Source of the DNA: Psilocybe cubensis
Lineage: Eukaryota
NCBI GenBank assembly: GCA_017499595.2
Contig: CM039003.1
Coordinates: 62,001-126,000 of the forward strand
Length of the DNA: 64,000 nt
Direction: 5' to 3'
The notes below the pieces were generated by a model, which had not been told where the DNA came from, made no database searches, and saw only the letters and a program-made list of their open reading frames with translations. The position numbers and the translations under genes were made by a program. Positions 25,127 through 34,869 of this stretch are shown one piece after another (position 1 is the stretch's first letter; each line of letters starts with the position of its first letter).

Positions 25127-26101
25127 ATGTCCAACTTTGACGTGGATATCGGTGCAATGGACGAAGTGATATTCAGACTCCAAGGCATAGTTAGCGACAA
25201 GATGCTACCACCAATGGCAAAGCCTGCTTCGTACGTCCACTCCATTGAGGTGAATTAATTACAAATGAGGACTGTTACAGCCGCGACAGAACGGTCAAGC
25301 AACAACCATATTTACGTACCGCCATTGCTATCACGGGACTCGGAGACATTGTGTTCAATAAGGTGATGGAAAAGCTAGAAGAAGTTTTCCTCCATTTTGC
25401 AAACAATTTTCCCGCGGACAGCGTCAGCGGCTATGACCCAGTTCTTCACAAAGACATGGGTTTCAATGTTTTCCATGCGCATAGCCAATATTTCACGAAG
25501 GTATCCGCATATCAAGACAAATCTGACAACATAGGTTTTCATCCCCTGGTCGACCCTGATAACGTGTTGGCGTCCATGGTAGGGGACAGTTTCATCCACG
25601 CAATCGATAACAAGGTACAGTTTCTTCGTCGGGAGATACTTCCTGACGGAACAGCCAGGTATGTTTAGAAAATACCAACAACACATCACAACCAAACTAA
25701 TATCATGTTTTTACAGATATTATTCTTATAATCCTGCCTCCATACAAATTGGAGACATTGTCGAGATCAGTGTTGCCTTTGTCGCATTTCCTGCCCAAGG
25801 AAACAAGTACAAATTTGTTGTTGCTCTTTGCGGAATACTTGTCTTGGACCAGGAGGCAAGAAAGGTAAGCAATGTTACATTGAACAGTCTCATAGCCATT
25901 CATAACTTCCAACAGAAAGCTGATATTCTCAGAATGCGGTCGCGCTATACTCCAGCAAAAAGACAGGTTGCTGTTTTGTGTAGGACAAAGAGGCAGCTGT
26001 ACAAAGGTCAGATTGACATTGAAGACACGCAACAGAGGATGGCATGTATGCGCTTAAATGAGGACACAGTCCACAATAGCAATACTATGTCCCAAGATTA
26101 A
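25127..26101 (+). CDS. Cargo gene A, 4 exons, hypothetical protein with OB-fold-like C-terminal pattern
   Basis: Introns ~25231-25289, 25659-25716 and 25865-25915 splice in frame; motifs VDPDNVL, DNKVQF, IQIGDIVEISVAFVAF...YKFVVALCGILVLD. Confidence 0.75.
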
Positions 26102-26246
26102 TACATATGTACATAGAAAGACAAGGATATTATAAATGTGCTGAACGAACAATCAATCCATTTGCGTGAACATTGTAAATAACAAGGAATAATTTGTCAA
26201 GTCATTTTCATGACAGAAATTATCTGAAGGTGTTAGTTGGCACCCC

Positions 26247-26426
26247 ATGGGAGAATCCTGCGTACACTGTATGCAGAATATTCCCACACTTGGCTGAATA
26301 TCGGCGAGGAAGTCCGTGGGAGAATTCTGCGTACACTGTACGCAGAATATTCCCACACTCGGCTGAATATCGGGAGAGGTTGACCGTGGGAATATTCTGC
26401 GTACACTGTACGCAGGATATTCCCAC
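26247..26426. repeat. Three tandem ~41-bp palindromes at ~70-bp period
   Basis: GTGGGAATATTCTGCGTACA-C-TGTACGCAG(A/G)ATATTCCCAC variants at 26247, 26316 and 26386 with similar linkers. Confidence 0.9.
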
Positions 26427-26507
26427 GCTCATCCGCAAGTCAAACTTACAAATTAAGACAAAAAGAATGAGGACGAGAACACAAGTTTATTTCGAACAAA
26501 AATTTGA

Positions 26508-29478
26508 CTAAGGATGGAAGAAATTACAAATATCCATTCCACAAGAGGCTTTGTGGTTGAGGGCGATGCAACCAAAAAAATCTGCCTTTCTGGATAGCAA
26601 ATACAAAACAGTTGCATGTACACGGTCATCTTTTTGCCTACATTACAGGAATTAAATTGACAAATACTAAAACTAAAGAGCACACACCTTATACCCCTTT
26701 CCCAGGATTTGATAGCTTTTTTGACACGCTTGTGTAATTGGTAAACATCTGCCGCTGTGTAGTGAAAATCTAATGCGATACCGCTGATGCGACGGACACC
26801 AAAATGCAAACAATCAAATTCATTGAGCAACAATACCCACGAATTGGCTTCAACAAAGGAAGTCTGATTTGCTTTGGGTAAAAGAGGCAAAGAATAAACC
26901 CAACAATGCCTGTCGCCAACCCGTCTAATCCCAGGAGAGAACAACTCTGGATAAGGATCGTAATCCAGCACAACGAGAACATGACCACGAGATGAACTAT
27001 ACCCAACATTTACGTTGTCCCTGATAGACTGTATCCTGCTTTGGATATGGCGGTCCATTTTCAAAGTTTGCGATGGAATGGAAAGAACAAATTTCAAGCC
27101 ACGGGAATGATATTTTGCAAGAAATTTTTGCGCGCGCTTGAGGTCGGCAGAAGGTTGCAACAGAGAGACTTGATGTCCAAAGGTAGCATTTGGATACAAG
27201 CTGTACACCTTCTCAAAGGTAACAAAATTCATGACGCCGGCTGTAGTAGAACAAAATTGAAGTTAACATTGTTTTGACACATGACATTAGGGACATACTG
27301 CTATGATACCCCAAAATGCACTCTACCACCGATTGACAAGTCGTAATCAGTTGGACAAAAGAACCTTGGCACCATAGGTTAACGACCACTCCAGTGGTAT
27401 TGTAATGTCGATGAAGAGGATGTTTCTGAAGGACGATTTTTTCCATTTTCAAAATTTTTTCCGCTGTGGTGTTGTCCGGATATTTGGGATGCGGCATGAT
27501 AGTAAATCCAATGGACATCATCCAGGAAAGAACGGGAAGAGCATATCTGTGCTCGACATACATGTCCATGTCACCCGGAATCCATATATTAGCACGATTG
27601 ATTACGAAACTTTATGTAAGTAAAGCGAGTTCTTTTATCCCCACAACCCACTGTACAAAAATATGTCCTTGCCAATTGTCCCCATCAGTAAATCATTGAT
27701 GCCATCAAAATTGCGTGATTAATACCGGTTTTTTACTTAACCGGTATGCTTGACTTAATAATTGGTTACTATCATAGAATTTCTGTTAGTTTTTGTTCCT
27801 ACCAAGGGGATATGGAAATTAAAATACTAGATATTAGCTAGGTAGATAGGTTAGCTGCCATATGGTAGAAAACAAAATTAGATACCATTACATTATGACT
27901 TTTTAATTGCAAGTTAAACATTTTGACACAGATAATCATCGCTCATAACCAAAAATTTTATAATAATGATCTTATTCAACTGATTTAAGGCCATTAATTA
28001 GTCACAATCAATTACATACCAACTGTTTTGCATGCTTTATACACCTCTAACGGCAAGTAGAGGTAAATAGAATGCTTTATTGTTATCAAAAAAAATTTAG
28101 CATGAATGACTAGCAGACTATGGTGGCATAGAATAAAGAATAATAAACATTATGTATCTAGCTATTATCTTTAATGCCACTTCAAATAACTTGTCATATT
28201 AAACTTGTTGTGCTGTTCATACTGGCCATGAATTAATAAGCAGACTGTGGGAATAACTTGCATATAGTGTATGCAAGTTATTCTCACGGTTGCCGCACTT
28301 TGCATTGAGCAACTTGAACTTCTCTGGTAATTCCTGATATATTACTGAGATGCATTGCATATACTTTAGGTAAAATACAAGTATTTTTGGCAATAATAAT
28401 TATTTTCAGTCCTAGTTTAGATGATCTTATTATATTTTACTTGCTGTGGTGTTTGTACTGGCCATGAATTAATAAGCAGGTCATGGGAATATCCTGCGCA
28501 CACTGTACGCAGGATATTCCCACGGTTACTACACTCAATTTGCATTGAGCACTGGCCACTTTGGTCAAGAGATGGTCATTTTGAATAATGTTTTCCATGC
28601 ATTGAATGTATTTTGGGGAAGAAATAATGCACTAACACTTGCAAATTATGCTTGAAATATGTTTCCACACAGCCAATTGTGTTCACAGCAACATCAAACT
28701 ATGCCAAAAAGAAATATGCGCACCAAACAAATGTTTTTGCACACAATATTGTTTCACTCTTGATGCACTTTTCAAAAATAAGAAAATTATATTTATGGGA
28801 AATATGTCCCCACTTGGGCAGCCATACACATGAGCATTCTTCCATCAGTTTTCCATACGGGATTCTCCCAGCAGATCTGGAATTCTTCAATATTTAGCAG
28901 GTATGAAAATTATAATAGACAAGTTCTTCCTTACAATTAGGCCTTATAACCTGTGCAGCTATTTTTTGTGTCTGACACAACTAAGCTTGTAGTAGACCTA
29001 AGTCATAGTAATTAATCATAACCTTGCCCAGTATCTGGCTGTGCATTCAGAACATATTAATATATATTAACTATGTTATATAAATCTAGATTAAAAAATA
29101 TTTTATACAATTGTGAGATGTAAAGTCTTGTCATGCCACGCTTTGCGTTGGACCACTAAAACAAGTAAAATGCAAAACGGTGGAACCTGAAATAACCAGG
29201 CCAGTCTTGAACTGGAGAAGACGAAACAGCAAATGTTCATTGGGTTTGAAGATAGGAGCAAATAAATTTTTGGGACGGAAGGCGCGGCGCATATAGCCCG
29301 AAACGCGGTCGTTTAGCTCCTTGCAAGTCCAAAAGAAACGGTAGAGGGTTTTCAGATCCATCTGATCCATGTACACATCGTCCATGGGAGGCGGAAAGAC
29401 TCTAAAAAATAAGTAATAACCAAATGAGATAAAACAGTGAACATACTGTTGGAAACGGGGGGATAACGCGGAAGCCAT
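26508..29478 (-). pseudogene. Cargo gene B: F-box-like N-terminus plus nucleotidyltransferase-like motif, disrupted by element 4
   Basis: MDLKTLYRFFWTCKEL; TGLVISGSTVLHF|INRANIWIPGDMDMYV is restored in frame after removing 27602-29165; QLITT...ILGYHS, MNFVT...YSLYP; GT-AG introns. Confidence 0.75.
27602..29165 (+). mobile_element. Non-coding element 4, same terminal family as element 3, opposite orientation
   Basis: About 110 bp at the 5' end matches the reverse complement of 30040-30148, and about 47 bp at the 3' end matches the reverse complement of 25028-25074. No TSD; target GA|TAA; carries the same palindromes at 28247 and 28483. Confidence 0.85.
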
Positions 29479-30148
29479 GGGTAAAACAGTGCGGAGAAAA
29501 GTGCATTGTCTATACTACGTCAATAAATATATTAACCATAAGCCGATAGACGCCCGACGTAGGGGAAGAACAAATTGGTATGCGTGAGAAACGATCATGA
29601 ATCAGAAAATCAAATTCAAATAGTACAGAATGCCCAGAACCCAAGAATGCGTAATTATTTCTATTTGAACTCTGATTGATGAAGCTACCGATATCAAGGA
29701 ACGTGTGTGCCTGCACAGTTCTATTTCCAACCTTTCAGACCCATAGTTCAAAGTGTGCATTTGTTCCATCTCTAAGTATTAGTACAATATATAAGCACGT
29801 TGGCTAGACGGTTCCACATGGTTTTAAAAATTAAACAACAACGCAAAAAAGTGAATTGAGTAGGACTATTGTTGTTGGGTATAATTAATTTTATGGAAAC
29901 GCACATTCACATTGCGATCAAAACAAATCAAAAACAACCTTTAAAGTAACAATGGTAAAAAGAAGTCGTAGAATGAATTGGAAAGGGGTTGCTTAGGGGG
30001 TCCGGTGACCGCTTAAGGAAAATACCGATAGCGGTAACAACATTGATCGCATCAATAATATTTTGATGGGGACAATTGGCGAGGACATTTTTGCTCGCTG
30101 GATTGTGGGGATAAAAGAACTCATCTTTACTTACGTAAAGACTCGTAA

Positions 30149-31066
30149 CCTTCATCAATTGTAAGCGATCGCGACTCTAAATTCACGTCTCAGTGGTGGC
30201 GCGAGCTTCACAAGCTATTAGGAGCAAAGTTGTTGATGTCCACCTCGTTTCATCCTCAAACGGATGGCCAAACTGAACGAGTAAACTGCAGCGTGGGACA
30301 GATACTACGCGCGATCATACGACCTGATCAGAAAGATTGGATTGAAAAGCTAGACATGACAGAATTTGCTATCAATGCAAGTATATCAGATACAACTGGA
30401 TACGCACCGTTTGAACTCAACGGTGGATATATGCCATCAATGTTGAGGGAAATTCGTGCTAATGACTTTGTATCAAAAGGGATACGTGCTTTTGCAGAAG
30501 CAGCACTGTACAATCTAGCCGAAGCTCATGATGCAATTATTGAGTCCAGAGTCATTCAAACAAAAATTGCTAACCGTAAACGGAGTGATGAGGCCGAGTT
30601 AAAAAAGGGATCATTAGTGTACCTATCCACTAAGAATCTCAACTTGCCCAAAAACCGTGCACGGAAACTGTGCCCCAAGTTTATTGGACCCTATAAAATT
30701 CTAGAATGTAGACCCGAGTCGTCAACATATACACTGGAATTACCCACGGCACTTACAATGCGTCGTATACATCCAACCTTCCATGTGTCATTACTAAAAC
30801 CATACTATGCATCGAGTGACGCATTGTTTCCCAATCGCGCACAACCTGAGCCATATGACTTTGGGGCGCCAGATGATCACGAATGGTTTGTCGATGAGAT
30901 TCTAGGGCATCGATGGGTCAATAAATCGCTCGAATTTGAAGTCCGATGGTCCTTAGGTGACACTACCTGGGAACCACTCACAGTATGTAAAGATTTGGAG
31001 GCTTTAGACAGATACTTACAGTTAATGGGCGTTAAGCGCCCTTCATCATTACCCAAGCGGCATTAA
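30149..31066 (+). CDS. pol: Pol segment 3 of element 1 (integrase core end, GPY motif, chromodomain)
   Basis: IVSDRD, HPQTDGQTERVN, PKFIGPY, IHPTFHVSLLK, EWFVDEILGHR...FEVRWSLGDTTWEP. Confidence 0.95.
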   Translation, partial: PSSIVSDRDSKFTSQWWRELHKLLGAKLLMSTSFHPQTDGQTERVNCSVGQILRAIIRPDQKDWIEKLDMTEFAINASISDTTGYAPFELNGGYMPSMLREIRANDFVSKGIRAFAEAALYNLAEAHDAIIESRVIQTKIANRKRSDEAELKKGSLVYLSTKNLNLPKNRARKLCPKFIGPYKILECRPESSTYTLELPTALTMRRIHPTFHVSLLKPYYASSDALFPNRAQPEPYDFGAPDDHEWFVDEILGHRWVNKSLEFEVRWSLGDTTWEPLTVCKDLEALDRYLQLMGVKRPSSLPKRH

Positions 31067-31300
31067 TGTTTGCTTGAATGTGGTGCCTGGCAATAGTTAA
31101 TATTGCAGTGATGAGATGGGAGCTTGGCGACACAGTAATTGCCTTGTTTGGAATAACTCATGTCGGGGCTCTAAATTGGGAAACTCAGGCGCCTCCATCA
31201 ATAAACAAACCTACCAAGGGGATTGAGGTGAAATTTCACCTGCACCCGTTATCTTTGATCCATCTACTCTACCATCGATTAATTTATATTGACACTCATC

Positions 31301-33553
31301 ATGCAATCGCACTTCCTTCGAGGACGACCGCAATATCACAGCAATAGAGGACATCTTGGTAGTTCTCGTGGCAACTATCACCCCGGATTGAGAGGGGGCG
31401 CACGAACGACGTACACACCGCCGTGGGCTAATAAGGGTACACCAACCTTAATACCCGGGAGGACCCCAGCTGGGGGGCCGCAGTCGCAGAATCTTAATAA
31501 TCACCCAGACGCAGGTGTGCATCACATAAATAACCTGCCAGTGCAGGACCAGAACAATAACACAGACAACATAGCATTGCCTACAGGTCAAGCAACCGTC
31601 ATCAGCGAACATTACAAGGAGTACGCTGCGACCATACGAGACTCGCTCGTCCACTATGGCATACAGGAGGGCCTGGCCGATGCAATCATAACCGAGCAAA
31701 TGTTTCTCCTTGCTACAGAACTCCTATATCGACTTCAAAACTTGGAAGCGGAGAATAAGAGACTTAACAATAATCTGGTGGCATATGGACGCATAACCAA
31801 GAGAGGAGCTACTGAAGGCATCGAGGAAAGTGATAATCGGCCCCTGAAGAAAGCAACGACAAGCGCAAATCATAGCGCTGTCACTATTAACAACATTCCC
31901 GGATCCACATTACGCGAACCGGAGATTTGTGAGCAGGTGCCAGACATGGTGTCAGGAATAACTATCCCTGGACCGCGACACCCCGCGCCAAAGCTCAAAC
32001 GCGACCCGTCGAGGGACCACCCCAATCCCATAGGGTATCGCACAGAAGATGAAGACTCAGACGATGGAGATGAAGCACCAGGGCCAGATGAGTTGTTGAA
32101 GCGTCAAGCCAACCGGCAGCTCGACTTTGACATGTACTCCGGCCGCATAGACAATGTGTGGGGAGTGGTCTTACATCCTCAACTGTCCCCACAGCGCCAT
32201 AACGCCCTGCGCAACACTCTACCACGCCATACATGGTACTCCAACCGCAGCAACTCTGTTTTCACCGGAAATACCGCGGTGGCCGCCATGCAGTGGGAAC
32301 AAACTCACGATAACGCATATAATCCATACAAGAATCCCCTGTACGCCGTAGCGCCTCGAGGAGTACCCAGAAATCCTCTGGAAGTCAAAGGCCTTATTCA
32401 AATCACGCAGGACGAGACGTACGAATCATGGGTACGAATCGAAGCCTATGTGTTATTGCGCACCTTACAGAATGCTGCCGCCATGAGTGTACCCCAAGTT
32501 CACGACCGGGCAATGCAGCATCTGGATAAGATGCCAATGGAGGATTTCACTCCGAACGTCAAAGAGGAGGACTGGAACGAAATATTGTTACCGCACGACT
32601 TTGACAGACTCCGTAACCGATACAGTGCTCACAAAAACAACCAGGGCATGGGTGTCCCCCTACCCTCGCGAGAACAATCTCTCAACGTCGACGATCTCGC
32701 GCTGTTTGTTTTGATGCACGCGAGACTGGGAAGTGTATCCCCGTTTCATGGGGTAGCGGTAAAGTTGTCGTTGGAAGTCGATCGTCGTTCGACCTTTGGA
32801 CAAGGGCTAGTGCGAATGATTGGACCCGTGGACAAAGCAGCACGACCTACCTTCACCAAACTGTTCGCTGCATTGGTTTCGCACGCCCATCGGTATCGGG
32901 AGGCTATTGATGTATATAACAATCAGCACCCGGATAGCCCATTCCACCCACAGGACGGTCCATTATATTCATTTACGAGGTCAACGCTCGGCCTAGAGGA
33001 AATCAAAAACCTCGGCGTCGAGCATGTTGTGGAAGTGTTGATTAGAAACCGCATCCCGGTGGCGTGGATTGACCACGCCTACCCGTTTGGGTACCATTAC
33101 TTGAACGCACGCATTACTCAGCCTATCCCCAACTCACATCCCCTCGCTGTGTATGACGACGAAAGACTGCGACGCCTTGATATGTTCGGCGTACCCCCTG
33201 CCATCCCCGAATGGGATGGGTGGAGACAACCGTCCGATGACGACCGACTCCGACTTTATGTTATTATGAGCCTCGAGGAGAAGGCAAATCCCAATACCCC
33301 AGGATTCAACCATTACACGTGGTTGCGCATTGGCGAACCACTGACTCAGAGATTTCTGGCTTTCCGCGATCAATCGACTATTAACACTCAGGCCACTGAG
33401 GCGCCTACAGACATGGCTTCGACAGCCATGATGCGCGATGACGACGACGAGATGGCCGATGCTCAGGAGGAGGAATCGGCTCAACGAATGGACGAGGACG
33501 TCCCGACTGAGGGAATTGCGCGACTAACGCTTAAGAAGGTTAACTCAATCTAA
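31301..33553 (+). CDS. Extra ORF3 of element 1 (about 750 aa), unknown function
   Basis: Uninterrupted sense ORF between the pol stop and the PPT/3' LTR; RG-rich N-terminus, short coiled-coil, acidic tail; no obvious signal peptide or TM segment. Confidence 0.85.
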   Translation: MQSHFLRGRPQYHSNRGHLGSSRGNYHPGLRGGARTTYTPPWANKGTPTLIPGRTPAGGPQSQNLNNHPDAGVHHINNLPVQDQNNNTDNIALPTGQATVISEHYKEYAATIRDSLVHYGIQEGLADAIITEQMFLLATELLYRLQNLEAENKRLNNNLVAYGRITKRGATEGIEESDNRPLKKATTSANHSAVTINNIPGSTLREPEICEQVPDMVSGITIPGPRHPAPKLKRDPSRDHPNPIGYRTEDEDSDDGDEAPGPDELLKRQANRQLDFDMYSGRIDNVWGVVLHPQLSPQRHNALRNTLPRHTWYSNRSNSVFTGNTAVAAMQWEQTHDNAYNPYKNPLYAVAPRGVPRNPLEVKGLIQITQDETYESWVRIEAYVLLRTLQNAAAMSVPQVHDRAMQHLDKMPMEDFTPNVKEEDWNEILLPHDFDRLRNRYSAHKNNQGMGVPLPSREQSLNVDDLALFVLMHARLGSVSPFHGVAVKLSLEVDRRSTFGQGLVRMIGPVDKAARPTFTKLFAALVSHAHRYREAIDVYNNQHPDSPFHPQDGPLYSFTRSTLGLEEIKNLGVEHVVEVLIRNRIPVAWIDHAYPFGYHYLNARITQPIPNSHPLAVYDDERLRRLDMFGVPPAIPEWDGWRQPSDDDRLRLYVIMSLEEKANPNTPGFNHYTWLRIGEPLTQRFLAFRDQSTINTQATEAPTDMASTAMMRDDDDEMADAQEEESAQRMDEDVPTEGIARLTLKKVNSI

Positions 33554-33596
33554 ACTAACACTGTTTAAGATCAGTAAATGATCTCAAGGGGGGGTG

Positions 33597-33782
33597 TGTA
33601 ACGCGCGCCCTGAATATCCTAACATTTCAAATAGCATCGGCTGCCGCCGATGCCCTTATCATGCACAATCGTAGATAGGAGTAGGACAGTTCTTTTGTTT
33701 CGTACCTACTAGACACCAATATACGTTGGTCAGATTTAGTACGTGCGACTTGAGAATTCCAACCGTAAAGCGAGCCTTTACA
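33597..33782 (+). repeat. 3' LTR of element 1
   Basis: Repeat of 10604-10789, preceded by the purine tract AAGGGGGGG. Confidence 0.97.
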
Positions 33783-33832
33783 ACAACTCTATTTCTCAAT
33801 GTTTGCTTTTTCAACGGAAAATCGTGTCATAG

Positions 33833-34869
33833 ATACGTCAATTACAACGATGACTCCGATAACCTCAACATTAACAACACCACCAGCCATGCACAATCTA
33901 GCTGGAGGAATCCGTCAACTTCTGCTGGTTCCATCGCGACATCGTCAATGCCACAGCCCATATCATCCAGATACGCGGTGCGTCTTTTTCTATCATTGAA
34001 ACCGCCAAAGATTGAATTTTCTGTGATGAACAAGATAAATCATATCGCCCCCCCTTCAAGTTTTTATGCCTACAGGTCTTACCCGGCTGCTTGGGTACTC
34101 CACCATGGCCACTGCCCGCTTCTTCTCCAGCCACAACAAGCCTTCACTTCCTTTCTTCTATGTCGCATGTTCCATCCACCTCTTCGCCAACTTCATCATC
34201 GTCATCCATGTCCGATTCCTATCACTTCAAAGGCAAAGCCAGGTCGTCGAAGGTACGTTCTCCTTCTTTATCATTCAAAGTTCATGGACCGATTCAATAT
34301 ATTACTCTTCAGGCCCCCGCGCGCATACGAGGCACCTCCGCGCACCCACGCAAAGCGCCGAAGTCGCGTTCGACTCAGAGTCGCAATGGAGAGACCCCTG
34401 CGCAAAAGAGTGCGCGGCGCAAACGTACCAGTGGGGTGCTAACCCCCTACGAAGTGGATGCTCTGCCGTCCGCAGAGTATACAGACAGGGTGGTTCGTTC
34501 AATCCTCAAAATACCGTATAATATTCCGCTAGAAGATGCGTGGCCATGGGGCCCGGACCCATGGACGATCTATAAACCAGCACAGGTATTAATGTTGGCG
34601 ATCTGCTGTTGCAATCACAAGGCAACATTTAATAAAATTGAAACGTATATTATGGGGAAGTACCCTTTGTTGGACACAACAGAGTATGGTACAGAATGGC
34701 GGGTAAGCCAGATTCTCTCCTTCGCAGAATTATACTACTGATGAGCATTTATTGTGATGAATAGAGTACGTTACGAAACTATCTCAGCGCATATCCTCAA
34801 TTCAGGAGATTGCGCCGTGAACAGAGATGTGGGGGCCCCTGGACGCTGGATGCTACTATGATCCAATAG
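33833..34869 (+). CDS. Divergent forkhead/winged-helix domain protein; 5' end unresolved
   Basis: Splicing 34703-34764 gives LMLAI...KATFNKIETYIMGKYPLL...EWRSTLRNYLSAYPQFRRLRR...GGPWTLD, matching forkhead helix/wing spacing; S/P-rich and basic region upstream. Confidence 0.7.

Larger units (their letters stand above)
25028..30148 (-). mobile_element. Non-autonomous Helitron2/Helentron-like element (element 3) with cargo genes
   Basis: Clean TSD-less insertion restoring HGL|PSSIVSDRD. 5' end TTACGAGTCTTTAC with hairpin TCTTTAC-gtaa-GTAAAGA; 3' subterminal inverted copy GTAAAGACTTGTCA, then a GCCAC...GTGGC hairpin and CTAAAACAAG end. No Rep/helicase ORF. Confidence 0.75.
10604..33782 (+). mobile_element. 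Ty3/Gypsy chromovirus LTR retrotransposon (element 1), full length, hosting nested insertions
   Basis: TG...CA LTR pair; TSD ACAAC at 10599-10603 and 33783-33787; domain order gag-PR-RT-RH-IN-chromodomain; polypurine tract before the 3' LTR. Confidence 0.97.

Noticed and set aside
26247-26426. CRISPR-like array of palindromic repeats
   Set aside because: The linkers resemble each other rather than being unique spacers, there are no cas genes, and the context is eukaryotic.
25025-29168. Apparent ~50-bp TIR pair defining a cut-and-paste transposon
   Set aside because: The two matches are the 3' ends of two related elements in opposite orientation. Only the nested interpretation restores both interrupted frames.
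31301-33553. ORF3 as a retroviral env gene
   Set aside because: No signal peptide, transmembrane anchor or recognisable fusion-protein features.
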